Origin: the human T2T-CHM13v2.0 reference genome, Homo sapiens
NCBI RefSeq assembly: GCF_009914755.1
Contig: NC_060930.1
Direction: 5' to 3' (one strand)
Length of the DNA stretch: 64,000 nucleotides
Position 1 is the stretch's first letter, and each line of letters opens with the position of its first letter. The translations under genes were made by a program, and so were the position numbers. Under the pieces are notes generated by a model that was not told where the DNA came from, searched no databases, and saw only the letters and a list, made by a program, of their open reading frames with translations. This document shows, in pieces, positions 29,427 through 44,339 of this stretch.

Positions 29427-32400
29427 CCTAGCATGTTGAATGAAAGGCTACATCTCAGCTAAGTGGGATGAACAAGGGCACAAATTTGCAATCCCTGTGT
29501 TAGATTAACTCTATCTATGAGCTGAAACTTGCAAATGAGACAGCTTAGTTTTAATTCTAATTCTGATTCTTTTTCTAATTTAACAGGCAGTTTTAAACCA
29601 ATTGTTTAACCCTTATTTTTGGCTAATGTTCTTGGTTGCAAGCAACAGAATCCACACTGGCTAGTTTAAGCCTCAAAGTGAAAAACCACACAGCAAGGAT
29701 CAGTATGGTAACTAAGGAGCTAGGAGGTCCATCACATGCCCCTACAAGACCAGATGCCTTCACCACTGTGCTGACCAGGGGATCCCCTCACCTGGACACT
29801 ATCTCCTGTTGCTTATTTCTGTGTTCAAGTCTCACTCTTGTGTATTTGAATAACAAAGCTTAGGTCACATATCTGTTCCCCAGCTAAAAGGGAATGTGAG
29901 AAATACAGGTTTTGGTTTCTGTCTTGGGAAAATGATATTCACTATATGAGAAACTACCAAAATTTAGAAATGGTGCACAAAAGATCTTGGGTAAGCATGG
30001 CTGGCAGAGGTCTACTGTAATCTCCCCATCTAGATTTCTTCCCCTATCAAATTGGTGATCCTGTTCCTGTACAAAACTGCTCACTATAGTAATTTACAAG
30101 TAATGTAAGGGAAGATATTTTACTTTGACATAATTCATTATTTAAAAACTTCCCAGGATTCCGATCTAACATGTTAGCAGCTTTTGAAATGCATAATAAA
30201 TGTTTGGCTTATAATCTAATTTCATCACTGATTTTACTTGTAATTCACAACTTTATTTTCATCTTACCTCTAAAAATATAGCTTCCCGATACACTAAGAG
30301 GTAGAGGAAATCAGGGAAAAAATAACTACTCTCAATAACAACAAGGCTAATAACAAGAGCTTGCCGAGTTATGCATTTATTCTATGCAAAAAGACAACTG
30401 ATGACATTTTGTTCTCCTTGCAATCTTTAAATCTTTCTTTTCCTTCCCTTTCATTACTGTCCTCTTTTTAAAGTAAAGCAGGCCAGAGGCCCTGGCACTC
30501 CATGTGTCTCTTTTGCCAGTCCTGGCAAGTGTCCTTTACACCTTGACAGCTTTATCACCTGCAGTCAGCCTTTCCCGTAAGCCAGGCAGGCATATGATTG
30601 GAAGCTGGTGTGTCGGTTCCTCGTGTGCCTTTATTGCTGTTCTCATCTTTGTCTACAAAGGAGAAGGCTCTTTTATGGCTGTGGAGATAATTGATTCACT
30701 AGACTTTCCTCAGGTTTTTCAAAAAGCTTCTAAACCCTATAGCTTATTATGATTGTAAGCTTCTCTCACAATTCAAGCAGTAGGGTAATTTTCCGGACTT
30801 GAGGAAAGCTTCCCTTCTCTGACTTTTTAGCGTAGGTTTCTCTCAACTATTCCCTGCACTGAGGAATCTCCATTCCTGCCATCAGTCATTACAGCTTTTG
30901 CAATTAAAGTTCATCATGTTTGCCTCCTTTTTTCAGTCTCACCAAGTGTTCTTTCAGAGCACATTTTACCTAATCCAGAAATCAACTGCTGACATTTTTT
31001 AAAGATAAAAATGCAAAAATATGTATATGATCCTCCTGGTCTCACCCAGGGAGAAATCATTCCTTTAAAAAAAAAAAAAAAGAAGACATGCAAAGTTTAT
31101 TCCTAGTCATATTTGGTTTGTTCATTACTACATTCCCAGCAACATGCATGGCCTGGCACATAGGGGTCCCCAATAAATACTTTCTGAACTGATAAATAAT
31201 TGAAATAATAAATCCTAAATGTCAGTTTACATTGCCCCCAGATTGTTCTTCTGAGCCTCTATGTTCTATGACACTAATGTCCATGGTGTCCAGTAGTAAA
31301 TTAAAATATCAGTCACAGCAATGAAAATAGAAATTTTTATCAATATATTTCTTAAAGCAAGAGAAACAGAAAATTGTTCACCAAAAATGTATTTGGTCAA
31401 AATGTTACATTTAATATATATCTCCTAAATGTACCATAACCATTTTCTTTGCTGTAAGTAAATGAAACAAAAAGAGTCAGTAATCCTTGGGCAAGTCCCT
31501 ACCACCCCTCAGTCCATTAAGCTAAAGGAGTTAGATCTCTTAGATAATATGTCACTCTCTGTTTACAGTTTTTGGAGCCATCAGATATAGAATATGGACC
31601 GTTCATTTCATTTTATATTTTGAAATGCAACATCTAATGTCTGGGTTGTTCATAGGAGTTAATAGATGGGTTTCAGAGGGCTAATACGCAGAAAAAGCTG
31701 TTTGTATGTGCAAAATAATACAGACTGGGAAAGAATCCATAGCTTTAATCAGGCTCTCAAGTAAGTTAGTGACCAAAAAAAGTCCTGGTCTAAATGTGGT
31801 GAAGTCTATCTATACCCACTTTGTCTCTCTGATGTGGCCTGGGTAAGGTAGTTTGAAAGGAACTGGTGGTGGGTAACATTTCTAGCTTTCTGGGAATTCT
31901 CTGGAGCATCACAGGCTTATGAGGTTAAGTAATTTAAACTATTCACCTTCCACTGTGCAGTGGAAGGCCATTACAAGAAATTATGAATTCAAGTCAATCA
32001 GATTTTAAAATGATCTTTCTGAGGTGAGATTTAATCTATACCTAAAAATTTCTGCCAGAAGTACCAAGCTCTGCCAGGTGGTCCACATACAACTCAGAAT
32101 GTGAGATCATAAAAGTAGAAAACCACATCAATAAAGTCAACAACTAGAGGCGTAATATGGTATGTATGAGGCCTGCCTTTCAGTCCATGTTGATGGCGCA
32201 GAACTGAGTTGCTATAGGATGTACTGGAAATCAAATGACTCTCTGAGGACGGGGAGAAATGGACATACTAATGTAAAAATTGAAGTAATGCAGGAGAACT
32301 GAATCTCCAGAAAACAAAGCCAGTAGTTCCATACTAAGAAATCATAGTCTTTTCTTTTCAGTAAATAAATATAAGCTCTCCTTATATTAGAGGCACAGTT

Positions 32401-34416
32401 AACTCTCTTCTGTTACCAAATGTTGTGAGTTTCTCTCTGCAATCCACGTGTGCTGCAGAAATTATCCTTATCTTATTCTTTTCAGCTTGGATCACTGTAC
32501 TCTCTCACTAAAGGTAGGAGGAAATGCTTCCCCATCCCTCACCAACTTACAGCTTCTGAGGAAGGCATTTGCTTCGGCTGGGACTGAAGCATATTTCTTT
32601 CATGCATATGTTCCAGCCCAAGACATGTTTCCTAAGAAATATATTAAAAGACTGAGGAAGCTCAGAAACAAACTTCTAAACTGTTGTAGTTTTTTTTTCT
32701 CTTTTGTTTTTTACTTTAAAACAATCAGGAGAAAATTGCCCGTACCTTTTACTGGCTATCAGGGTATATAGAACATGGTCTTTTCGAACAGATAACTGTA
32801 CACTAAAAAAAATTTAAATCTCAGAGGAAAAGTCTTTTCCCTTCCTAAACAAACACACGAAGCTAAGTATGAAACCCAGCAATTCTTTTAGCAAAAAAAT
32901 CCTAGGTGTCACCTTGGAAGGTAGAGAGCAAGAGAATGAGATGTAGAACAAGTACTTTTTGATTTATAGGATAGAAAGAAAATTGGGAAATGTAGAGTTC
33001 AAATGGTCTTAACTGGAAAGGTGAAAACTGAAGTTACCACTATTTGGATGATTAGCCCAAAGCATTTCCTGGGTAGAATGAGGTCTTATCAAGTACCCAG
33101 AAAATTGCCTCAAATTTCCATTTCACACTACAAGTATATATCTGGACAAGGTTATTTACTAGTCAGAGTGGGGGCTGAGGATGGCAAGGGGCAACTGAGC
33201 CAAAAGTGAACTAAGAATTGGAAAGTTTCTGATTGCTTTAAACAATCATTCTGCATACCTTAAAACTGGGGATATAATTTTATAAGTGGAATATTTCTAT
33301 AGCATCCATAAAATTCAGAAAAAATAATAAAGGTAAGTATTAAAAAATAAAGCTAACCAGGTATCATTTCATTTTACATAAAATAGAGATTGCATTCCCA
33401 GTTGGTCTGAAGTTAAGACAGCTATTTCCATTTACTAAGCCCCTTAAAGCAGTTTTAAAAGTATCAGCCTCTCTGCTCAATTGTAAAATGCCTGCTAGTT
33501 TTTGAAGGAGTGCTTTGGGGGGTGAGAAAGATTCAACTCTAAAATGGCTAAAAGACAGTTTTATGAATCTCACTGTGTCTACAAGATGAAGTATTCAGGC
33601 CGTTATCATGTGCTTATATTTCCAGGATGTGAACAGACAGCTCCTGACTCGGTATTGATGACTGCTTACTATGCTGGCACCTTTTGTGCCGCACAATAGG
33701 TAACACATCTGCAAAACCGCTCTCAGAAGCAAGAGATGCAGCTGTTAAAATTACACTCTTCCTGCATTAAAACCACCCCCCAGTTGTGAGCCTTGTGAGT
33801 ACTGTTAAGAAGTCATCTTACCTGATTCCTGTTGATGAGCTCTTTATATATGTACTCTTCTGAAAATATCATCGAGGCGTGTTGCCAGTCTTCTATTATT
33901 AGCAAGAATTCCACCTCTTGTGAAGCAACAGAAGCCAAACCATTATAGCTTATAGACCCCCTAATTCCCACTTATTAGGCAACCAGTCTCCTATTGGGTT
34001 GGAAAAGACTGAAATTTACATGCATATAGAGTTTAACCAGAAGCATTCATTTCAGTAGAAGAGGACATCTCAAGGTAATAAAAATCAAGTTTCCCATTCC
34101 CAGCCTCTTCTTATACAAATTCCTTTCCTCTCCCTGGACTACTACCCAGTAGCTCACCAGAATCATGAGGTCCAGTCCAGATTGTCCTTAACACTATCCT
34201 GGAGCAATTGGGCCCCTCGCCTTTCACCAGATTAAAAACTTTTGGAATAGGAAACAGGAGGTTTTCCATACTGAAACCAGGGCCCTTGGTTAAAAACTGA
34301 GATCTGACAGAACCCCTTGTGGAAATTGCTACCCACTTCCTAGGAAGCTGGGTGCCTGGCCAGCAGCATTCAAGAAATGGTGGCCCAGGATCCACTCACA
34401 TTTTTCACTAGAAATC

Positions 34417-34848
34417 TGTATTTCCTTCCTGGGGCTGCCATAACAAATTATCATAAGCTGGGTGGCTTAAAACAACAGAAGCTTATTCTACCACAGTTCC
34501 AGAAGCCAGAAATCAGAAATCAAGGTGTCAGCAGGGCTGCACTGTCTGCAGAGGCTCTAAGGGAGGATCTGTTCTTTGCCACTCCTAGTTCTGCTGGCTG
34601 TTGGCATTCCTTGACTTGCAGCCACACCACTCCACTACTTGCCTCCATGACCACAGCTCCCCTTCTACCCATCCTATCTCCTTTTGCCTCTCTCATAGAA
34701 GGACACTTGCGGTGGAGTTAAGGGCTCACCTAGATAATCTAGGAGATTTTTAAAAATTATATCTGCAAAGACCCTTTTTCTAAATAAGATAACATTTACA
34801 AATTCCAGAACTTGGTATCTTTGGGTAGTCTTTATTCAGTCTACTACA
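34417..34848 (-). mobile_element. MLT1B/C-like MaLR solo LTR
   Basis: tgta...ctactaca termini; 'gctgccataacaaattatcataagctgggtggcttaaaacaacag'; TSD aaatc/atatc. Confidence 0.85.
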
Positions 34849-36204
34849 ATATCCAAGACCCTAAACCTTGAGTAGCTACAGATTTTGAGGAGTGGTGGAT
34901 GTTAGACTGCTGCAATTGCTGACTGACATGAAGCTGGTGGTTTATTTAATATTTTCCTCTAATCTGTGCCAAAAAATTTGTGCTTTCTTGATGCCTTGCT
35001 GCATAAAGATTTGGATGAGACTGGCCTTGCCTTGTCTTCCTTTTAACCCAGCTACTCACCTTTACCCTCACTCTCATCCTCTTCCCTTTGCCCAACACAC
35101 TGACATTGCTGCTGTCAGTAAGAGGGGAGCCTGTAAAGTGTTTTATCTCTCTATTTTACTAGTCTCCCCTTAAAGTGAGTCGGAAAGAAAATGAAACACA
35201 ATTCATAGTGTTCTTACGCCACAGGACTATCAGTCTTATTCTCAATCTGACTGCCTTCCCTGTGCATCATAGTCTGTTTCATGTGTATTTGTTTCCATGC
35301 TGCTTTATTCATAAATCAACCAGGCTAAGAGAATGTGGTTGCCCACTTGTTTTGAGTCTATTGCTCTGTCATCTCCTAGACAAGGTAGAGATTGGCAGAT
35401 GTTGAGCTTGGAGGAGGATTTAAGGCCACACCTCTCCCCAGAAATCCCTGGCTACAACTTCCCCACAAAAGTTCCCTCAAAGAGAATAAACACAAAAGGA
35501 TATTGTCCAACTTTGGTAGTTTCCCCACACCTGCGGTCACCTGCAATTTGCATTCATGGTCTGACCTTGGTTGCCAACACTCACACGACAACAAGGAAGA
35601 AAGTTCATTCAGTACAACAGATTGCATCATAAGCATATGTGGCTTAGGTGAATTTAATGCACCTGGGTGAGGGTAGGGAGAAAGAAAGAACATTTAAATC
35701 ACAGGGCATTTCCACCTTCTATTCCACTCAGTGAGCATAAGCTCCCGGCTAGAATGAAATGAAAGACACAAATATCTATTTTCTCAATCAGTCTTGCCTC
35801 AGTTTTCCAATGACTCTCAAAATATGAGCATCTTGCTACACTATGTGTAATTCTAGAATTTAAAGTTGGGTATTGCCATGCAATATGATTCTCAAAAACA
35901 CAATCCAACGGCTTCATTATAAATGTATATATCACACTTATAGAGTTGCATATATACTACAATATTTATTGTTCTTTGTGAGTGTTTTAAATTATTTTCA
36001 AGGGTAATTTTGACAATTCATGATTTTTTCATTGACTTCATAACCTCTGCCAGTTACAACTCAACTGTGATGAAAGAAGTAAGGAATTAAATAGCTAGAC
36101 ATAAATGATACTGCAGACAGCATCACATCCTGAAATGTTTCTTATCAAAGTATTTATAAAAACCTCAGCTATGAAAGTGGCTTTAGAGGTCACCTCATAT
36201 AGAA

Positions 36205-36600
36205 TAGAGTCTGTTATCACTCAGGATAGGCTCTGTTATGTTCAGTAATATACAACCCCAAAATCCAAATGGTTCAAAAAACATCAAAGGTTTGTTTCTG
36301 CTCATGCCACGTATCTACTGCAGGTCAGCTGTGGGTCTGCTCCATATTATGTTCACCTGGAGCCAGGCTGATTCTTAACAATTATACTTAACAATTATAC
36401 ACATTGACAGTTATTGTGGTAAACAGGAAAGAAACACGACAAACCATACCATTTTTCTTAAACCTTCTGCCTGGAAGTGGCAGATGTCATCTCTGCTTAT
36501 ATCTCATTGGCCAGAGTAAGTCATATGATCAACTCCTGAGTTCCACAGATACGTAATTCTCCAGCACAGAGAGGGGAATGGAATATTTAGAAAACTTACA
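36205..36600 (-). mobile_element. Old MLT1 (K-like) LTR
   Basis: 'tcaggataggct...ctgcctggaagtggcagatgtcatctctgcttatatctcattggccagagtaagtcatatg'. Confidence 0.6.
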
Positions 36601-39081
36601 AGGATTCTCTCTTCAATATTTTCCCCAAAATCGTCAATGGACAATGTTTAGGTACTCATCATCCCTCAAGGAAGCCTACTCTACTTTCAGTCAGTCCCAA
36701 GTATTTAAAAGTTCTCCTTTATGTCTGTCCCCTCAGAGCTTCCACCTATGGGTCCTCTTTTTGTGCTACTATGTCAGTGAGGACAAATCTAGTTATTTTC
36801 CATGGGACAGCTCCTCAAATATCTGAAACACTTAAGCTCTTCAACTATTTCTCATGTTTCAGGGCGTTAGGTCTTTGCTCAATATATTTCCTTTTCCAAA
36901 CCCCTATTCCAGTAATAAATTTCCTTAGCATTCTTTCAGCATTCTTTCTGCCTCATAGAACTTTCTACACATTTGGCTTCCAGTGATGTGGTTTTTTACC
37001 ATGAAATTTATTTCACTCGGTTCAAATGCCTGTCACAATGCCTGCGGTCTCCCTCTCAAGACCCTACGAACAAGATTCAGCAGGAAGATACATGGTTATG
37101 GCACCCTAGGTATCCGTGTTCCATGGCACTGTTTGTACCTCATTAGTAAACATTTTCTTTAAATTATCTTGGATACTCATTAAATATTATCAGCTACTTA
37201 GAACCAAAGGATAATTATGAGTTTAATGAAGCGTGCACCAGCTTGCTCAAGTCTAACGTTTGTTTCTCTGCTGGGACCCCATTTTACTTTGCACTTATCC
37301 TTCAGCAAAGCTACTCTACAAAGTCACTTTGGCAATAAGAAGTATTTAATTAGATTAATGAATTTTTATCACCTCTCCTAGGGATTAGGCTTGTTAAATC
37401 CTGGCGACTAAAGAACAACAGATTTTTTATTACTAAATGTTTAGGGATGCGCTGGTTGTGCTGCAGTGGCAGTCCTCATAAGTCAGGCTGCTCTGGGCAG
37501 TTCTACCTTGGATCCCTTGGTAGGCCAGGGATATTTGGCAGAGACAACCTGTGCCTTCAGTTAAATCACAGAAATCAAAATGCAAATGAAATCATGTGCA
37601 ACCCAGACAAGGCTTTCGGCAGCTGCCTTTCTGTCAGAGGCTGCTGACTTATTGTACCCTGAGAAAATGTGCCCTCTCTTCCTCTACTTACAGGTGTTTG
37701 GGAGGAAAGGGAAGACCCTATAACCAGTACTTCCAGCTATTCATGAGGGCATGGGTAACCACTGTCATTTTCCTAACTCACGGGTGTGGTGAGTAATAAG
37801 GCATAAGGGGTGGATTTTTTTTAAGGATAGTATGCAATTCATCTAAAGACATTAAATGATATACATATGTAAAACAATTTGGTATCTGTTTTAGCTAATG
37901 CTTTGAATTATGGCAACGTCTTTCATCTAGAAACTTCAAAGCACTAAAAAAAAAAACACATTTCGCTCTATCACATTCCTATGAGGCAGTTTTAAAGTAT
38001 AGATATTCCCACTTAATAAACGGAACAACTGAGGCACAAAAGGCCAGAATCAGCCAATGTTGTAAAATAAATCAGCATCACAACAAAAGAACAGTCTCGT
38101 GGTGACAAGACTGATGTTCTTTCAGAAGCGTGTAAATCCAAATGTAATAATGGTATCGTCCTTCAGAATTTTAAGATGATGTCCCAGGAAGAGACAGGAA
38201 TAGGAATGGGGACTAAAAGGAGATAGGAGACTTCCTGGGTGATAAATTTTTGATCAGAGCAGAGAGGGGATAACAGAGAACTGGAGATGTTGAAAGTAAG
38301 CTTTATGGCAGTTCAGAGGAAAATTCAAACTAAAATATAAACAAGGAGGGCATCCTTAAATTTAGTCAATTTGTATACATTTAGGATTTAGTACAAAACA
38401 TGTAATTTATATGAACCATATAATTTATCACCCATACTATGACATTTTTAAGAGACAAAGGGAGTGCCATCAATAATTGCACTAACTGTACCTGTCTCAC
38501 TTCTTTGCACTCAGGCTAGTAAACAGTTTTGCAGTGTTTTAAATAAGTATTCTCCTTTAAACACCATCCAAGTGTTTTAAACCCTCACATTTTGAATGAA
38601 GGAACTGGGAGAGAAGTTAAAAAATGAGTATGGAGAGGAGCTTTCCATAACTGCAAAAATGTAAACCAAGTTTGGCATGTTTTCTTACCCAAGATCAGTT
38701 ATCTTTTCTAACACTTCAGGTGGAAGAAATGCCACCTGCGAATAAATTGTACCAGGCTAAATAACCTATTTTCCCTTCTTTCCAATTATCTTTTTTTAAA
38801 AACTAATGTTCCCTGCAGACTGTGTTTGGTCAATCTGACCAAAGAAGTCACAAAGAAGGCGGCATTTGGGGACTGTGGTTACCTGTAGACACAGACATTT
38901 ATCACCATGCTAACACTGCCAGTAGTTTACAGGGAGAGTTGGACTGGATGACCCTGCAAAAGCAGGCATCCCTCTTCCCACTCAGGTGAGGTGACGAATT
39001 AAGACAGTAGCATGAGGATTTTTTTGGGGGGAAGGTTTAGTTTAAAGACCACGAATAAGTATCCACACACTGCCCCTAGTC

Positions 39082-39287
39082 CAGTTCTGTCCAACAGAAC
39101 TTTCTGAGGGGAGGGAAACATTTCACTCCTGCATAGTCCTATACAGTAGCCACCCACCACATGTGGCTATTCAGCATTGAGATGTGTCTAGAGCAACTGA
39201 GGAACTGAGCGTTCAATTTTATGTAATTTTAGTGAATTTAAATTTTAAAGTCATGTGTGGCTAGTGGCTTCCATATAATACAATTCT
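39082..39287. mobile_element. MER3 hAT-Charlie DNA transposon
   Basis: 'ctgtccaacagaactttctg...gtagccacccaccacatgtggctatt...tgtggctagtggct'. Confidence 0.8.
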
Positions 39288-39297
39288 AGACACTCAA

Positions 39298-39298
<1 letters not shown>

Positions 39299-39333
<35 letters not shown>

Positions 39334-39401
39334 ATATATATATGTATATATATATATATGTATATATATATGTATATATATATATATATGTATATATATA
39401 T
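39299..39401. repeat. Compound (TG)n/(TA)n microsatellite
   Basis: About 14 TG units followed by interrupted TA runs. Confidence 0.97.
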
Positions 39402-41697
39402 ACCACTTTGTTGTGTAGGAATCAGCAGATGCTGTACTTTTTCAATTTTCTAACACCTAAGAACAGTTTTGCACGTTAGGATCTATCTCGTCTTTAACTA
39501 GAGAAGCGGTCAAATCAGGAGTTCAGGCTGCCAGGAAGGGAGCAGGATGAAGACCTTCCCATTTTTATGCTGACATCCACCATCAGCGCAACGATTTGAT
39601 TTAGCAGTGGTGGCTCTGGGGCCAACATCACAACCTTAAAGGGCAGACTCTCAAGAGGTGAAATAAAGTAGTGCAGCTACACACACCTGGGAAGTAGAAG
39701 CATATGTGAATCTGCCAAACATGAGATGCTTGTGCAAGAAACTAAATGCTATCTTTCATTTCTTTTATCTGCAGTTAAGACACAGTTTAAAATAGCTGAG
39801 TCGTTGCCTTTGTGCTAATATCATCTAATGCTATGTTTGAGTGGCAGGTCTGATTCATCAAGCTAGCAAGATCTGTCCTGGTTTGGATGGCTCTTCCTCC
39901 AGTGGAAGACATCTAAGTGACTACAGATTGAGAGCTCTTTTTCAATGCCTTTTGTAAACAATGCTGGTGTCAGACTACCCCCTGCTGGACAGAGAAGGAA
40001 GAAAAAAATTAGGTACCTTTTCTAAAAGGAACAATATCCTATTTCCTACAGGGATGGGTGTTTTGTTTTACTCTCAGTTTGGTAGATTATCACCATGAGC
40101 AATCTGAATAACATTATAAGCCACTGCCTTGGTCATACCCTTCTGTTTCTTCTAGATCTTTATGCAGCACAACACTGCAGAGGTGACCCATCAAGGGTAA
40201 ACTTTGACTGCATTCTGTACCTTTTTATAGTAGGCTTACCACTCATTACAGGGCTGTTATAAGGAACAGCATAGGCTTCATGAAAAATCTAAGCTGAATA
40301 AACCGTAGAGGAGTTTACATTCGTGCAACTCACTCACACACAGAAGCAAAAAATCAGTTCAACACATGGACATCAGTTGACTAACCACCTGACATAACAT
40401 CCTTCACAGTCACCAAACCATGCTATGGATGCAGTTATTGTAACTATTTGACCTCAACTCATATTTGCAACATCAATACAGCTTCTTTGCTATTAAGTCA
40501 TAACAAAAGGACAAATTTCCTCTCCTATAAAGGTATTTCCCAAAGTCCAAATTAATTCTGTGACTCTGACCTAGAGTCACAATATACACTAAATCCAGTG
40601 CAATTCAGAAGTATGCATTTATTTCTGAATTTCATATATTTAACTGTTTGAAATCTTATTGAACTATCTTTTTTTTAAAGTTATGGTACTTTCTGTATCT
40701 GTTTTTCCCACTTTCAAGACAGAGTAAGATATATAATTAAATATAAACTTGCTTAAAGTTTTTAAATATTATCTTATTACATCCTTACCACAGAGAAATT
40801 ATAGCTAGGCCTTCATCAAAATAACCAACTACTATGTAAACAGCATAAATGTGCTACATGCTATGCAGCTTCGTTTAAATGGAACTTGCCCCCTGGCCTT
40901 GAAGTTGTAAGTGAGACAGCACTGAAGACAGGTTGCACTGAGACAAAGAGCAGTGGCCTGGATATTGTTAAAAACCTATCACTAATTAATAAGAATTGGA
41001 TGGATTACCCATTTTATTCATTTCCCTTGGCTTCATGACAATTATGCATTGACAACATCCTACACCACAACTACTGAAACCTTACAACACCATTTAAAAC
41101 AAATTCAGTTTCAGAGAAAATGACACATTGCTAAAGCAATCACACATCCAGTCATTAAATCTGCTGCAGGGTCTGAACTGAACAGGCTAGAAATGAAGTA
41201 ATGCTGCCACTTGTAAAACTGTCCATCTGCTAATGGGCACCCGCCAGCTATGACCAAAACTGATCTCCACAGGGTACACAGAGCAGTGGATTGTTCTGGG
41301 ACAGCGGCGATTTACCACATCTCAGGGCCCTGTACTCACAGAGGAAGGGGGTGGAAAGGGGGAAGGTAGAACAGATTATTTTGCCATAAGGCAGATGAGA
41401 AAACCAATGCTAACTGTATAGTCATCACCTCTTTAAAGAACAAAAGAGAAGACTCCATAGGCGAACGGTCAGGCTATAACACTAACAAACTTCAGTAAAT
41501 TCAGGAACTTCACAAAAGATAACCATCTTTAACTCGTCCTTGACCCTGTCTGCTCTTCTTTTATTTGGAACTTCATGGGTGAACATCATTCTCTAACCTC
41601 AAGATCATATGCACATGGGTGGGCACATGCACACATGTGTCTATCTTGACTGCTTCAGTGATCCTGTAGGTCTGACAAAGTCACATAAGAGATACTG

Positions 41698-41990
<293 letters not shown>

Positions 41991-42999
41991 GAGAGAGAGA
42001 GATCCTGAAACCACAAGTTATAGGAGTCTATATGCATGTGGGGGTATTTTTTGTCACCTGGTTAAAAGAAAGGCTTAGTCAACTGGATGCGGAAACTGCA
42101 GAAATCAACCTCTCCTGCTTTCAGGAATAGGCTCCTCTGCCAAGGCTAACACAGGAATATTCGGTTGATGAAGTGAATCTCTTTCTTCCTTCCACCTTTA
42201 TCTCCCTCTGTATGAAGTAAAAACAGGAATGTCTGCTTTCTTAACAAAGAGGTTTTGCTAATGCTTGAGAAATGCCTTGACGGTGCAAAGTGATAGGTGT
42301 TACTGGAGTGAGGTACCACAGGAACAGACAAGCCAGGGCATGGCTGGCTGCTGGCTGCTCTGGTAACTGATGGTGCACCTGGGTGTTCTGTTTGGACCAG
42401 AGCACCAGACCTGCTCACACACCCTTCTCCCTTCCTCACTGACAGTCTCTAAATTGAGCAAATGCTGACAGCCAGTAGGAACAGGTCCCCAGCTTTCCTC
42501 CCCAGGGCTACCATGGTGCATGGACAGCCTTATTGTCAAACCGTTAAAGCCCAGTAAGATGAAAAGGCTTAAACAGTAATGAGCTGCAACTTATTTTCCG
42601 TCATGAAGTTTTCACTAATAAAGACTTTACATCTCTTCGAGTACATGAAAAAGAAAGCCTTTTGTTTGTTTTAAAAAAATGAGCCATCCAAAGACAGAAG
42701 CACATGAAAGAAAATCTCTTTTAAATTTGTCCATCTCTTTAAAATTTGGGAGTGACCATGAGGCAAGATAAGTCTATAAGGTATTTTGATAGAAATCATT
42801 AAGATAGACTTAAATTTATGAAATGAATAGGCCACACCTAATCAATCTATTTTCTTGGCCACCTTCCTGATCAATGTAGGTCAATCTCGTTTTAGCTATT
42901 ATGTTTAATTGGTTTTTTTCAAAATGGTAGTTCCTGATCAGAATCATATGAGTCACAGTTCAATTCATCCACTTCATACTAAACTGCCTCTCTGGTAAT

Positions 43000-43210
43000 G
43001 ACAACTAATAGTGATTGTACACTTAGCATACACCAGACACATGCTGGCCTTGTCCATATATTACCACATTCAGTCTACACGACAGCCTTGCAAGAAGGGT
43101 TCACATTTATCCCCATTTACAGATAGGGAAACTTTGCCAAGGCTACCTAACAAATAGGGCAGAGTCAGGACTGGAACTCAGTGGACTCCCAAAATGGGCC
43201 TCTTAACCAC
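43000..43210 (-). mobile_element. MIR SINE
   Basis: 'tatccccatttacagatagggaaac...gcagagtcaggactggaactc...tcttaaccact'. Confidence 0.7.
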
Positions 43211-43299
43211 TATGACATGCTCCATAAAACCCATGGAATCAAATCATTGATTCATACACAAATATATAGAGAGACATATATCTTAATGTACATATGTAT

Positions 43300-43372
43300 T
43301 ACATATACACACAAACACACACACACATATATATACACACACGCATATATGTGTGTGTGTGTGTGTGTGTGT
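43300..43372. repeat. (CA)n-(TA)n-(TG)n self-complementary microsatellite
   Basis: CA runs followed by TG runs, seen directly. Confidence 0.9.
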
Positions 43373-44339
43373 TTACTCAGATATTCAGAGCCACGGTACT
43401 TAAAAAATGTGGGCAACCATTTCTAAACCTTTAAAAGAAATAGACAGTCTATGCATGTAGACCCTCTTAATGGTCAATGTAAATCTGGTTCATTTTGCTT
43501 TACCAGCCCATCTCTGGAATAATGAAAATTTACCAAGCTGAATATCCTTAGCACAACCTTTGGACGTATTGTCTGCATAATGTATAATACTATGCATGTT
43601 AAGAAAGGGGTCTTAATGCCACACGCCAGTCTCTGACAAACCCCATCCTTGAAGTTTGATTTAGTATTGTTGGTTTCTGATTTAATACCAAAAATAATTC
43701 CAACCCTATAAATCTGTTTACCAAGGAAGACGGAGATAAAGACACAGGGTATGAGTGTGTCTTCACATCTGATATTACAGGTGTGAGTTTAATCAGACCT
43801 AAAGTTTTTATTACATTTGTTGAAACGTACCCCGTGTCAATAGGGCTCTTTTTCTCATCATCTGTGACAAGGATGATGTTAATTTCTCATGAGTCACATG
43901 TGAAGCAACCAGGGAAAGAAATACAATCAATCCACCCAGAAATTGAATCCACAAAGGTACCTGGTAATGGAATAGAAATACCATAGAATCTCCTTAGAGT
44001 TAAGGTCTGGACAACATCTATTGCTTGGCACTGAGAAGAATTTTTTAAAAGAGAGGAAATGGGAGAAGGATAAAGTGGAAATCTAATTTTGAGAAATAAG
44101 GATTAAAGGTTCCATTATTCATGCTGTTTTCACTGTATATATTGAGTTAACAACATGTGATTTTACTGGATGAAAATGTGGGCCACATGCAAGGAGAGTG
44201 TGGTGCAGATAAATCCCCACAGCGACAGTAATGAGTGAGGGTTAGTGTCTTGTCTGCGTGAGGCTGTAAACAGTCCTGGGTTCTGAGCTGGTATAATAAG
44301 TGGAGATTGTTCCTGGACTTACTGGGGAGCACAAATAGT

